Source: Promethearchaeota archaeon | GTDB taxonomy: Archaea > Asgardarchaeota > Lokiarchaeia > Sigyniarchaeales > SOKP01 | Length of the DNA stretch: 64,000 bases | NCBI GenBank assembly: GCA_048940645.1 | Contig: JBHLOI010000005.1 | Span: 1 to 64,000, forward strand | Direction of reading: 5' to 3' | In this document: in pieces, positions 1 to 8,360 of the stretch | Layout: the number at the start of each line of letters is the position of its first letter | Position numbering within the stretch: position 1 is the stretch's first letter | Program-made: the position numbers and the translations under genes | The notes under the pieces: generated by a model | What the model was told of the DNA's origin: nothing | The model's input: only the letters and a program-made list of their open reading frames with translations | The model's database searches: none

Positions 1-34
1 AATCTTCAAATTTAACAGCTTCCATTTTTGACAT
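1..34 (-). CDS. Probable 5' end of a gene running off the window (MSKMEAVKFED...)
   Basis: ATG at 34-32 on the minus strand with an open frame to the window edge; AT-rich intergenic DNA upstream. Too short to assign a function. Confidence 0.35.
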   Translation of the reverse strand, partial: MSKMEAVKFED

Positions 35-220
35 AAGTTGAAATAATGAAAAAAGAGATAAAAATTTTGACTATAATTACCAGAATATAATTAGAACTTA
101 ACTTAAGTTCCTTTTTATCAATACCTTTTAAAAAATCCAAAAATGCAAAATTTTAAAATCATAGAGATAATCCTTTATGCGAAATGGAGAATGGGCTTTT
201 GAAGTATGAATTAAAAAAAT

Positions 221-502
221 TTACAATAACTCTTTAAAATCCATTTCATTTTCTTTATTTTTTATTCTTTTGATAAAAATAGTTCTCAAATTATCAAAAT
301 CAGCTTTGAGACAAGTTTGACATTCTTCCTGTTCATCGGGAGTAGCGGGTTCAACACGGACTTCATACCCAATTGATTCATACAATTCAACATACTCAGC
401 AACTCTATTTTCTTCAACTGTAAATCCCCTTTCCCAGTCTTTTCCTCTAAGAAGAATATCTAAATCTTTTTCTTCTTGTTCTTTTTCTTTATCTGACACC
501 AC
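221..502 (-). CDS. Small conserved hypothetical protein with CxxC, divergent from the benzoyl-CoA cluster
   Basis: 93 aa; WERGF...EYVELYESIGYEVRVEP...CQTC...RTIFIK resembles small proteins I recall near anaerobic aromatic-degradation clusters. Confidence 0.7.
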   Translation of the reverse strand: MVSDKEKEQEEKDLDILLRGKDWERGFTVEENRVAEYVELYESIGYEVRVEPATPDEQEECQTCLKADFDNLRTIFIKRIKNKENEMDFKELL

Positions 503-611
503 TCTTATCTATTTCCATTTCTATTTTCATTCTCGAATCTACATTAGATATTATGATAATGTTCAGTATAAATATTACTCTTTTTCATATTTCCTCTGAA
601 ATGTGCTTTTA

Positions 612-629
612 GTGGAATTTTATTCCCAC
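612..629. promoter_or_regulatory. Imperfect inverted repeat, possible operator in the divergent promoter region
   Basis: GTGGAAT-TTT-ATTCCCAC, a GC-richer near-palindrome in AT-rich intergenic DNA, about 20 nt upstream of a TTTTAAA TATA-like element before oah. Confidence 0.3.
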
Positions 630-728
630 CAATCGTTTTCTATTAACAAATTTTAAATTAATTTGGAAAATTATCTAAGAATAATAATAAAAATAAAAGA
701 AATCAAATTAAGTATTAAAGTGTAAGTA

Positions 729-1688
729 ATGACATATACAAAAGAACCAAATTTTATTCCTAAGGACCCAAAAGAATTTGATTTTAAAGAAATAATTTAT
801 GAAAAGAAAGATTGGAAAGCAATTGTTACAATTAATCGTCCAGAAGTCTATAATGCTTACTCAACTTTAACACTAATGGAAATGATTGAAGCGTTTCATG
901 ATGCTGCTTGGGATAACAAAATTGCAGTTATAATCTTAACTGGAGCTGGTGATAAAGCTTTCTGTACAGGAGGCGATGTGAAGGAGTATCAGGAAAGATT
1001 TACTGTACAACCTGCTGAATATTGGAAATGGATGTGTATTTTCCAAGAAGCCCATGATGTATTCCGTAATATAGGTAAACCTACCATTGCAAGGATCAAC
1101 GGTATCGTTGCGGGTGGAGGTAATGAATGGCAAATGGCGTGTGATTTAGCAGTAGCCGCAGAGCACGCCACTATTAGACAAGTGGGAACAAGAGTAGGAT
1201 CTGTGGCTTGTGGAGGTGCAACTCAATGGTTACCTATTATAGTTGGAGACCGTCGAGCAAGAGAAATATTATATCTATGCGAACCAATTTCGGCAAAAAA
1301 AGCATTAGAATGGGGTTTAGTAAATTCAGTGGTACCTTATTCAGAAATAGATAATGAAATTGATAAGTATTGTCAGAAACTTATTGATAAATTTCCAGAA
1401 TGCATGAGATATACGAAACAACAGGTTAATTTCTGGAAAGACCTTGTTTGGCATCAAACAATTGGACACGCAAAAGATTGGTTATCTATTCATTATGCTT
1501 CATGGGAACCACTTGAAGGAATGTCAGCATTTGTAGAAAAGCGACCTCCCAACTATAGAGGTGTTCGGGAAAGCCCTCATCCTGAATTTTTATGGGGACC
1601 ACCTTCAATAGTTTGCCCTTCTTGTCAGACAAAGAATTTGCCTTCTGATTTCAAGTTTTGTGGAAATTGTGGAGCAAAACTCAAATAA
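729..1688 (+). CDS. oah: 6-oxocyclohex-1-ene-1-carbonyl-CoA hydrolase (crotonase family) with C-terminal double zinc ribbon
   Basis: Crotonase motifs (AFCTGGD, GGGNEWQMACD, GGATQWLP); INRPEVYNAY; context with dch/had/bzdNOPQ; tail CPSC...CGNC. Confidence 0.85.
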   Translation: MTYTKEPNFIPKDPKEFDFKEIIYEKKDWKAIVTINRPEVYNAYSTLTLMEMIEAFHDAAWDNKIAVIILTGAGDKAFCTGGDVKEYQERFTVQPAEYWKWMCIFQEAHDVFRNIGKPTIARINGIVAGGGNEWQMACDLAVAAEHATIRQVGTRVGSVACGGATQWLPIIVGDRRAREILYLCEPISAKKALEWGLVNSVVPYSEIDNEIDKYCQKLIDKFPECMRYTKQQVNFWKDLVWHQTIGHAKDWLSIHYASWEPLEGMSAFVEKRPPNYRGVRESPHPEFLWGPPSIVCPSCQTKNLPSDFKFCGNCGAKLK

Positions 1689-1762
1689 TTTTAAATTTTT
1701 TTAGAAAGAAATAAGATAAAAGTAGCTTAATAGAAAGTAATAGCCATATTGGATGATATAAA

Positions 1763-2530
1763 TTGACAAATGATTTAATTATAGTTGAAAAAGCCAATAA
1801 TATTGGTAAAATAATATTCAATAATGGTTCATTAAATATTTTAACAATAGCTATGATGGAAAAAATAAATGAAACTCTGGAAGATTTTCTAAAAGATCAA
1901 TCACTAAAAGCAGTAATTTTTGATCATAATGGGAAAGCTTTTTCAGCAGGAGTCGATGTTGGTGATCATATAGGTGATAAAGCTCCCAAAATGATTAATG
2001 AATTTCACGGTATTTTTAGAAAGCTTAATAAGTTAAAATGTCCTACTATTGCAAGCATTAAAGGAGCTGCGTTTGGTGGAGGATGTGAAATTGCTGTATT
2101 TTGTGATATTGTACTTACCTCAGATAAAGCAAAATTTGGACAACCTGAAATTAAGGTAGGTGTATTTCCACCTATTGCTATATTAGCCTTTCCTCACATC
2201 ATCGGAAATAAAAAAGCTTTTGAATTGATTATGTTGGGTGAAATAATCGATGCTAATGAAGCTCAGACATTGGGGATTTCCAATCATGTCTTCCCGCATG
2301 AATCATACGAACAAGAGTTTAATAAATTTATAGATTCATTTAATGATTTAAGCACTATAGTTTTGCAATACACCAAAAAGGCATTTAATATAGCATTAGG
2401 AATCGATTTTGAAACTCAATTAGATAAAATTGAAAATTTTTATCTCAAAGATTTGATGACAACGCATGATGCAAATGAAGGATTACAAGCGTTCTTAGAA
2501 AAAAGATCACCCAATTGGCAGAATCGTTAA
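1763..2530 (+). CDS. dch: Cyclohexa-1,5-diene-1-carbonyl-CoA hydratase (enoyl-CoA hydratase family)
   Basis: AFSAGVDVGDH, GGGCE, FGQPEIKVGVFPP; lies between oah and had. Confidence 0.85.
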   Translation: MTNDLIIVEKANNIGKIIFNNGSLNILTIAMMEKINETLEDFLKDQSLKAVIFDHNGKAFSAGVDVGDHIGDKAPKMINEFHGIFRKLNKLKCPTIASIKGAAFGGGCEIAVFCDIVLTSDKAKFGQPEIKVGVFPPIAILAFPHIIGNKKAFELIMLGEIIDANEAQTLGISNHVFPHESYEQEFNKFIDSFNDLSTIVLQYTKKAFNIALGIDFETQLDKIENFYLKDLMTTHDANEGLQAFLEKRSPNWQNR

Positions 2531-2599
2531 TTTATTTAATTTTGATAAGAAGTAGGTTTAAATTATAATAAAAATAAAAAGAAATTGTAGGAATTTGAA

Positions 2600-3646
2600 A
2601 TGAGAGCCGCTGTTTTTGAAAAGGTTAAGGAACCTTTAAAATTTGATGATAATTATCCTAATCCAAGCATTGTAGGCGAATTTGGTCAAGCTATAATAGA
2701 GATTGAGGCTTGTGGCGTTTGTCATACTGATTTTGGTTATTTAGAGCATGGTGTGCCAACTGTAAAGCAACCTCCTCTTATTTTAGGTCATGAAATATCA
2801 GGAAAAATCAAAGAAGTAAGCGAGGATGTGAGAGATTTTAAAGAAGGGGATCATGTTATTATTCCTGCTGTACTTTCCTGTGGCTACTGTGTTAATTGTA
2901 GGACGGGTCGAGAGAATATATGTCTTAATCAGATTATGCTTGGTAATCATATTGATGGGGGATTTTCCGAGCAAATTAAGGTTCCTATAAAGGATGTCGT
3001 TCATCTTCCAACCGAAATGTCGTTAGAGGAAAGTTGTATAATTTCGGATGCTGTTTCAACACCGTATCATGCTGTAAAAAATCGAGGTCAAATAAGACCT
3101 GGTGATTGGGCGGTGGTTATAGGTTGTGGTGGTATTGGCTTAAATGTGGTTCAGAACATAAAGGCGGCAGGAGGTTTGCCCATAGCTGTTGATATTGTTC
3201 CAGAAAAGCTAGAAATTGCTAAGCAAATTGGTGCTATAGAAACTGTTCTCGCAAAAGATAAGGATGAGAGAGAAATTGTTGGTGCTATTCGAAAAATAAC
3301 CGGAGGGGGTGCAGATGTAGCCTTTGAAGCTATAGGACATCCCTCGACAATGAAACAAGCATTCAATAGTTTACGAACAGGGGGTCGACTAGTTGCAGTG
3401 GGATATTCACCCAAACGTTGGGACGGATTTGATATCGGTCGTGTTATGTTTAGAGAAATGGAAATAATGGGAAGCCTTGGTTGCCGCCCTGTTGACTATC
3501 CACATATTATTGACCTAGTTAAAAATGGTTCACTTCAGCTTAAACCTTTAATTACCCATAAATTCCCACTTTCAGAAATTAATGAAGCTTTTGATGTAAT
3601 GCGTCGGGGAGAAGGAATTAGGATAATAATATTATGTAAAGAATAG
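2600..3646 (+). CDS. had: 6-hydroxycyclohex-1-ene-1-carbonyl-CoA dehydrogenase (Zn-dependent MDR alcohol dehydrogenase)
   Basis: CGVCHTD, LGHE, structural Zn CxxCxxC...C, GCGGIG Rossmann motif; PAVLSCG and GNHIDGGF typical of Had; cluster context. Confidence 0.85.
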   Translation: MRAAVFEKVKEPLKFDDNYPNPSIVGEFGQAIIEIEACGVCHTDFGYLEHGVPTVKQPPLILGHEISGKIKEVSEDVRDFKEGDHVIIPAVLSCGYCVNCRTGRENICLNQIMLGNHIDGGFSEQIKVPIKDVVHLPTEMSLEESCIISDAVSTPYHAVKNRGQIRPGDWAVVIGCGGIGLNVVQNIKAAGGLPIAVDIVPEKLEIAKQIGAIETVLAKDKDEREIVGAIRKITGGGADVAFEAIGHPSTMKQAFNSLRTGGRLVAVGYSPKRWDGFDIGRVMFREMEIMGSLGCRPVDYPHIIDLVKNGSLQLKPLITHKFPLSEINEAFDVMRRGEGIRIIILCKE

Positions 3647-3711
3647 AATGAATTAAGAGGATATTTCAAATAAAATTGTTTATTATGATGCTTATAATAG
3701 AATTTATCTAG

Positions 3712-4851
3712 ATGGAGGCAATAAGTATGTTTGAACAGTTTAAAGATTGGTATGAAAATCGTCATGATTATGCGAAAAAATGGAAAAATCGTACTGGTGG
3801 GAAAGTAATAGGATATTTCTGTACATATGTTCCTGAAGAAATTCTCTATGCTGCGGACATTTTACCAGTAAGGATATTAGGAAGTCATGAACCACAAGAT
3901 GTCTCTGAACCTCATATTTTTGCGATGTTTTGCCCTTTCTGCCGTGATTGTCTAGCACAGGGCCTAAAAGGTAAATATGATTATCTTGATGGAATTATGA
4001 TTGCACAAAGTTGTCTCCATATTAGGCAGGCCTTTACAAGTTGGGAACTTCATATTCCTGTGGATTTTTCATATTATTTATCACATCCAATGCATGTTCA
4101 AAGTTCTCATGCTGTTCCTTATTTAGCAGAAGAATTAAAATCCTTCAAGAAAGCAGTTGAAGAATGGACTGGAAAACAAATTACAGATGATGATATTAAG
4201 CGAGGAATAGAGATAATGAATAAAAATAGACATCTATTACAGCAAGTATATGATTTAAGAAAAAATCCGAATCCACCATTAACAGGTCTTGAAGCAATGC
4301 TTATGGTGGTATCATCGCAAATGACTGATAAACGGGAACATAATAAAGCATTAGAAGACCTATTACAAAAACTTTCTTCAAGAACTTTAGATGAACCGAG
4401 TGAACGATTAATGATCTTAGGATCTGAAGACGATGATACTGAATTTGTGGCAATGGTCGAAGATTTGGGGGCAAGATTTGTTATTGATGAACATTGCACA
4501 GGTACACGTTATTTTAATACAGAAGTAAATACTAATGGAGATCCACTGGTTTCAATCGCAGAAAGGTATGTGAAACGTACACCATGTCCTAGTAAGGATT
4601 GGCCTCAACGTACGAGGCTTGATCGCATTATCCAATTAGCTAAAGAATATGACGTACAAGGAGCTATAATAATGCAAATGAAATTTTGCGACCCACATGA
4701 GCTTGATACTGTTGCAATAAAAGAAGCATTAGAGAATGATCTCAATATTCAGACATTGTTCCTTGAATTTGATGTTACCGTACCAGTTGGTCAATTTAAA
4801 ACGCGTGTTGAGGCATTTCTTGAAATTATAAGGGAGGAGGATCTTTTTTAG
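3712..4851 (+). CDS. bzdN: Benzoyl-CoA reductase (class I, Bzd type) subunit N (BcrC equivalent)
   Basis: 2-hydroxyacyl-CoA dehydratase family; [43 protein letters not shown]. The start may be the ATG at 3727. Confidence 0.9.
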   Translation: MEAISMFEQFKDWYENRHDYAKKWKNRTGGKVIGYFCTYVPEEILYAADILPVRILGSHEPQDVSEPHIFAMFCPFCRDCLAQGLKGKYDYLDGIMIAQSCLHIRQAFTSWELHIPVDFSYYLSHPMHVQSSHAVPYLAEELKSFKKAVEEWTGKQITDDDIKRGIEIMNKNRHLLQQVYDLRKNPNPPLTGLEAMLMVVSSQMTDKREHNKALEDLLQKLSSRTLDEPSERLMILGSEDDDTEFVAMVEDLGARFVIDEHCTGTRYFNTEVNTNGDPLVSIAERYVKRTPCPSKDWPQRTRLDRIIQLAKEYDVQGAIIMQMKFCDPHELDTVAIKEALENDLNIQTLFLEFDVTVPVGQFKTRVEAFLEIIREEDLF

Positions 4852-4859
4852 AAAAGAGA

Positions 4860-6185
4860 GTGATTAAAATGTTAGAAACTAAATATCCAACTGAATCATT
4901 AAAGTGTTGGAATAAGGCTAAAACTCTTAGAGAGAATTATTATAAAGATTTTGCTGAGGCTCATGAAAAAGGAGGTCTTCGGTGGGCAGGAGGAGCCTGG
5001 TCTTTTGATGCTATTCCTGCAGGATTAGGTGATGATGTGTATTCTTTAACGGGAGAACCTTATGGTGCAACTGTGGCATTTAATGATAAGTTTGCTTTAG
5101 AATGTCATGAAGCAACTGAAGCCAGAGGATTTGCTCGCGATCTCTGTTCCTATATGAGAAATTATTGGGGTTCTATTCTCATAAATAAATATGCTTGGCC
5201 ACAATTTTCTGAAGAATTCCCCAAACCAGACTTTATCTGGCAAGATCACATATGTTGTTCCCATGCTAAATGGTATCAGGTAGCAAGTGATCTTGAAGGT
5301 GGAATTCCTATGTTTAGTATTGATGTTTCGGTAGGACCATACGAAAACCGAACAGAACACAAAATTAACTATATTGTAAGTCAAATGCATGATGGAATAA
5401 AGTGGCTTGAAAAAGTAACTGGAAGAGATTATGATGATGAATTATTAATTAGAGCAGTTAAAAATGAGTTTCGTACTTGTCATTATTGGTCAGCCATTTG
5501 TGAGCTTAATAAAGCAATCCCTGCCCCGTTAGATGAGAAATCAATGTATTCTTTATATGTTCTTGGTACTTTAAGAAAATCAGCTCAATGGACAGCAGAT
5601 TTTTATGAAAAGGAACTATATCCAGAGGCAAAAGATCGTGTTGCACGAGGTATAGCTGCTGTTGGGAATGAGAAGTGTCGAATTATGACAGATACTCAAC
5701 CTCCTTGGGCTTTTTTAAGAATTTTTCGCTATTTGGAGCAATATGGTTGCGTGTCTGTAGGAAGCCTTTACACATTCGGTCTTATTGGATTATGGGAGGA
5801 TAAAGAAGATGGAACATGGGGTCCTAGGTCTATCCCGGATATTGAGATAACTAATAGAGATGAGGCCCTACGAGCTCTTGCTGATTGGAATTTGAGTAAA
5901 CCTGAATGGCAACACTTTTATCATCCAAAGCTTAAATCGGAGATGATGATTAGGATCGCTAGAGAATGGAAATTGGATGGAGTTTTTCTGCATTTTAATA
6001 GAGGATGTGAAGGTTTAAGCCTCGGAATTGCAGAAAATCGCCTAGCTATCCAAAAAGCAGGGATACCAACCATGCCCTTCGAAGGTAATATGGGAGATGA
6101 AAGAGAATTCGATCTTGAGCGAACTATGAAACGTGTAGATGCATTTATGGAATCTCTTGGAATAGAAAAAGCGAATTTACAATAA
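4860..6185 (+). CDS. bzdO: Benzoyl-CoA reductase (Bzd type) subunit O (BcrB equivalent)
   Basis: [61 protein letters not shown]. Confidence 0.9.
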   Translation: MIKMLETKYPTESLKCWNKAKTLRENYYKDFAEAHEKGGLRWAGGAWSFDAIPAGLGDDVYSLTGEPYGATVAFNDKFALECHEATEARGFARDLCSYMRNYWGSILINKYAWPQFSEEFPKPDFIWQDHICCSHAKWYQVASDLEGGIPMFSIDVSVGPYENRTEHKINYIVSQMHDGIKWLEKVTGRDYDDELLIRAVKNEFRTCHYWSAICELNKAIPAPLDEKSMYSLYVLGTLRKSAQWTADFYEKELYPEAKDRVARGIAAVGNEKCRIMTDTQPPWAFLRIFRYLEQYGCVSVGSLYTFGLIGLWEDKEDGTWGPRSIPDIEITNRDEALRALADWNLSKPEWQHFYHPKLKSEMMIRIAREWKLDGVFLHFNRGCEGLSLGIAENRLAIQKAGIPTMPFEGNMGDEREFDLERTMKRVDAFMESLGIEKANLQ

Positions 6186-6254
6186 ATTAAGCAATATTAA
6201 AAAAAAATAACATAATAATAAATATTTAAAACAAAAAATGAAAAATGGTTAAAT

Positions 6255-7040
6255 ATGATAACAGCCGGAATTGATTGCGGATCTAAAAATACTAAGGTTG
6301 TTCTTTTGAAAGAAATTGTTATTTTATCAACATCTTCAGTATTAAGTGGATTTGATCAAGAAGAATCAGCAGAGCAAGCTTTAAATAACGCTCTTGAAAA
6401 AGCTGAACTTAAACGTGAACAAATTAAACATATTACGGCGACAGGAGCAGGAATGGAAGCAATTTCTTTTGCAAATGATAATGTTACAACTATAACTTGT
6501 GATGGTCGTGGAGCTTTTTTTCTCTTCCCTACAGCTCGTACGATTATCGATATCGGAGCAGAAGAAGGTTTGGTTGTAAAAATCGATGATAAGGGCAAAG
6601 TCAAAGATTTTGGAATAAATGAGAAATGTGCTGCTGGAGCTGGTGCGTTTATTGAAGCAATGTCTAGAGCATTAGAAGTAGATATTGAGACTATGGGAGA
6701 TCTTTCTTTAAAGTCAACAAAACAAATACCTATGAATGCGCAATGTACAATTTTTGCTGAATCTGAAGTTGTTTCATTAATTCACCAAAAAACTTCTAAG
6801 GAAGATATAATTCGAGCAGTACATGACGCTATTGCAGATAGAAATACGAGTATGGTGCGCCAAATAGGTATTGAGCAAGATGTAGCATTGATAGGTGGTG
6901 TTGCTAATAACATCGGTTTTGTAGATGCAATGAATAAGAATTTAGGTTTTGAGTTATTAGTACCAAAAGACGGTATTGCACCAGAATATGTTAGTGCATT
7001 AGGAGCAGCACTTATAGCTCAAGATAAAATTGGAGGTTAA
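6255..7040 (+). CDS. bzdP: Benzoyl-CoA reductase ATPase/activase subunit P (BcrD equivalent)
   Basis: ASKHA activase motifs GIDCGS, IDIGAEE, NEKCAAGAG, CTIFAESEVVSL. Confidence 0.88.
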   Translation: MITAGIDCGSKNTKVVLLKEIVILSTSSVLSGFDQEESAEQALNNALEKAELKREQIKHITATGAGMEAISFANDNVTTITCDGRGAFFLFPTARTIIDIGAEEGLVVKIDDKGKVKDFGINEKCAAGAGAFIEAMSRALEVDIETMGDLSLKSTKQIPMNAQCTIFAESEVVSLIHQKTSKEDIIRAVHDAIADRNTSMVRQIGIEQDVALIGGVANNIGFVDAMNKNLGFELLVPKDGIAPEYVSALGAALIAQDKIGG

Positions 7041-7932
7041 AATCATGTCAAAGGTAGAATCAGAAAAGGAATATTGGAGATGGACTGAATCACGTTATAC
7101 AAACCCTGACCTAAAATGGGAAGTTGGTGAGATCATTTCAGCAGGAGTAGATGTTGGTTCGGTCAGCACCCAAGCTGTAATTATGGTAGATAATCAAATT
7201 TATTGCTATAGTAGCATGAGAACTGGTAGTAATAGTCCAGACAGCGCAAATAATGCTATGGATTGGGCACTTGAGGGTACAGGGTTAACTTTAGATAAGA
7301 TTCAATATGTTGTTGGAACTGGATATGGTCGAGTTAATGTTCCATTTGCAAAACGAGCAATCACAGAAATCGCGTGCCATGCACGAGGTGCTAACTTCAT
7401 TTATGGTCCTGAGATAAGAACGGTATTAGATATGGGTGGTCAAGATTGTAAAGCAATACGTTGTGACCAACGTGGTAAAGTTACTGCTTTCCTCATGAAT
7501 GACAAGTGTGCGGCGGGAACTGGAAGAGGAATGGAAGTTTTCGCAGATTTACTTCAAGTGCATATTAATGACGTAGGGAAAATGTCTTTGGAAGTTGACG
7601 AAGAACCTGAACCTGTTAGTAGCACCTGTGTAGTATTTGCAAAATCAGAAGCCGTTGGATTACTTAGAAAAGGTTGGCCAAAGGAAAAAGTGTTAGCCGC
7701 TTATTGTTCAGCTATGGCACATCGTGTGGTAACTCTACTATTACGGCTTGGAATAGAAGAAAAATTTGCTATAACTGGTGGAATTGCTAAAAATATTGGA
7801 GTAGTCAAACGAATCGAAGATGAATTAAAACTTAAAGCCCCTGAGCCGAGTATTGATCCACAACTTGCAGGAGCTATTGGTGCTGCCTTATTTGCTAAAG
7901 CACTTATCGAAAAAGAACGCAAAAAAGTTTAA
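7030..7932 (+). CDS. bzdQ: Benzoyl-CoA reductase ATPase/activase subunit Q (BcrA equivalent)
   Basis: EYWRW N-terminus, GVDVGSVS, GTGYGR, DMGGQDCK, NDKCAAGTGRG, STCVVFAKSE. The start is probably the ATG at 7045. Confidence 0.9.
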   Translation: MEVKIMSKVESEKEYWRWTESRYTNPDLKWEVGEIISAGVDVGSVSTQAVIMVDNQIYCYSSMRTGSNSPDSANNAMDWALEGTGLTLDKIQYVVGTGYGRVNVPFAKRAITEIACHARGANFIYGPEIRTVLDMGGQDCKAIRCDQRGKVTAFLMNDKCAAGTGRGMEVFADLLQVHINDVGKMSLEVDEEPEPVSSTCVVFAKSEAVGLLRKGWPKEKVLAAYCSAMAHRVVTLLLRLGIEEKFAITGGIAKNIGVVKRIEDELKLKAPEPSIDPQLAGAIGAALFAKALIEKERKKV

Positions 7933-7990
7933 TTTAATTATAATTAAAAATAAATGAATAATAAATAAAGGAAATTATAGGCTTAGAAAA

Positions 7991-8281
7991 ATGACGAAAG
8001 CAAATTATGGTTATAAAGATGGAAGTGGAGAATATTTTATAACTATAGATACTGATTTATGCAACTCATGTGGCAAGTGTGTAGACGCATGCCCTGTTAG
8101 TGTCTTAGAGATGGCTGAAAATGAATTAGATCCATTAAGCGATGAAATAATAGCGACTGTTTCAGAGAATCATCGCAAAAAAATTAAGTACTCATGTGCT
8201 CCTTGTAAACCTAGTGGCGAGACAAAAGAACTACCTTGTGTAAAAGTATGTGAACCACGAGCAATATCTCATTCTTGGTAA
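7991..8281 (+). CDS. Ferredoxin, BzdM-like electron donor for benzoyl-CoA reductase
   Basis: ANYGYKDGSGEYFITIDTD, CNSCGKCVDACP, CAPCKP...PCVKVC; directly follows bzdQ. Confidence 0.85.
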   Translation: MTKANYGYKDGSGEYFITIDTDLCNSCGKCVDACPVSVLEMAENELDPLSDEIIATVSENHRKKIKYSCAPCKPSGETKELPCVKVCEPRAISHSW

Positions 8282-8360
8282 GAAAATTGTATATTATATT
8301 CATTAAACTCTGTATTTCAATTAAAAAAAAATTAATTCTATAATTAATTATAACTAAAGA

